Assembly: GCF_006345805.1 (NCBI RefSeq)
Contig: NW_021828140.1
Coordinates: forward strand, 1 to 9,057
Length of the DNA stretch: 9,057 nt
Reading direction: 5' to 3'
Origin: Octopus sinensis
Lineage: Eukaryota
Positions 8,117-9,057 of this stretch are shown piece after piece. The stretch's first letter is position 1; every line of letters starts with the position of its first letter. The translations under genes were made by a program, and so were the position numbers. The notes beneath the pieces were generated by a model. It did no database searches and was not told the DNA's origin. It worked only from the letters and a program-made list of their open reading frames with translations.

Positions 8117-8218
8117 CTTTTTGGTTACGAATTTTAAAATCGCAGGTTTACTTGCTTTCCGTTATTCTGAACTTGATAAAATATTAATTGTATTGATATA
8201 GTAATCAAGCATAAATTA

Positions 8219-8270
8219 GTGCCCCAGCATGGCCGCATCCGACGACTGAAATCTGTAAGCTAATAAAAGA
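8219..8270 (+). mobile_element. Possible 3' tail fragment of a second SINE family
   Basis: GTGCCCCAGCATGGCCGCA...GACTGAAA..GTAAG.TAATAAAAGA resembles a recalled cephalopod SINE tail. Not verified. Confidence 0.4.
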
Positions 8271-8716
8271 TTGTCTTTTGGAAATAGATAAAATTTTCTA
8301 TTGTACTTCTATAAATCTGATAATCAAGAATGATTTGGATATTGGTTGATTCCGTTTGCTTAGCCAATGGGGTTGGGTGGGCAATATTGGAAAGGAGGGG
8401 CGCTAATATACGGAACTGAATCAGTATAATATCATAGACACGATATTTATCGCCTTTGTCGGGTGGAGGTCGAGCTCGATACGATTCAAATCTAGACTAT
8501 AGAGAAACAGTACTTGTATGGTGTCCTGTCCAACCTGACAGCCTTTGCCAGCAGGAAATATTAAGTTTCGAATGCATATTGTGAACATCATCACCCTGGC
8601 AATATTTCTATCTTAAATGGTGTCTGTTATTATTCTCTCGGCTGTTACACCACCATTTTAGCTTAATGAAGCCCAAAATATTAATTAATATGTATATTTT
8701 TTTTTGTTTTTAATAG

Positions 8717-8858
8717 CTTAGCCAGAGGAAAGGCCTCCATGACTGGTGAAAAGAAGGATATTATATCCAGACCAAATACGTGGCCCGATGCTTGCAGCAT
8801 AGTGAGCGCTATCAAAACAGCCAAGGTGGAAGTGTTAAACAGGGCGACGGGTCGTTAA
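8717..8858 (+). CDS. Candidate terminal coding exon of an unidentified gene (LARGKASMTGEKKDIISRPNTWPDACSIVSAIKTAKVEVLNRATGR*)
   Basis: A T-rich tract and TAG acceptor end at 8716. One frame is open for 46 codons to TAA at 8856-8858. The sequence is non-repetitive and more GC-rich than its flanks, and AATAAA motifs follow near 8896 and 8922. No homology recognised. Confidence 0.3.
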
Positions 8859-9057
8859 GTTAGTGTTGGCATATTTAATGCGAGAGAATGAAATTAATAA
8901 AAAAAAATAATGAGACGAAAAATAAAACATAATGAGTGGATGATTAATGCAAGTTCCATGTATTTAGGCATCTCTAGATAACTCTAGGTTTAATTTGATC
9001 TTATTTTGACCTCATCAGCAAAGCATTGACTTGACCCTATTTGTCAAAGTTATAACC

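Overview
AT-rich, microsatellite-dense eukaryotic DNA made mostly of transposon remnants. The repeat types and SINE sequence suggest an octopod cephalopod; that is inferred from recalled sequence, not from a search. Supported elements: two copies of one non-autonomous Helitron (301-596 and 5438-5934, minus strand), a tRNA-derived SINE (2977-3204, minus), a decayed RTE-clade LINE reverse-transcriptase fragment (about 3455-4419, minus), a decayed Penelope-like GIY-YIG endonuclease fragment (about 5178-5437, minus) bounded by the second Helitron, a hAT/Charlie-type MITE with an 8-bp TSD (7364-7668), and a degenerate 43-bp minisatellite (7818-8116). The most interesting signal is two related minimal type-I hammerhead ribozyme motifs on the plus strand, 408 nt apart. 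The copy at 2177-2213 has an intact core. The copy at 1770-1805 has CUGUAGA instead of CUGANGA. Both have the loopless palindromic helix III (GAAACGUA) known from Penelope-like elements and retrozymes. Two weaker hammerhead-like relics lie on the minus strand. No intact gene is recognisable, only a few unassigned exon candidates. The supplied ORFs are mostly microsatellite artefacts, and none matches a recognisable protein.
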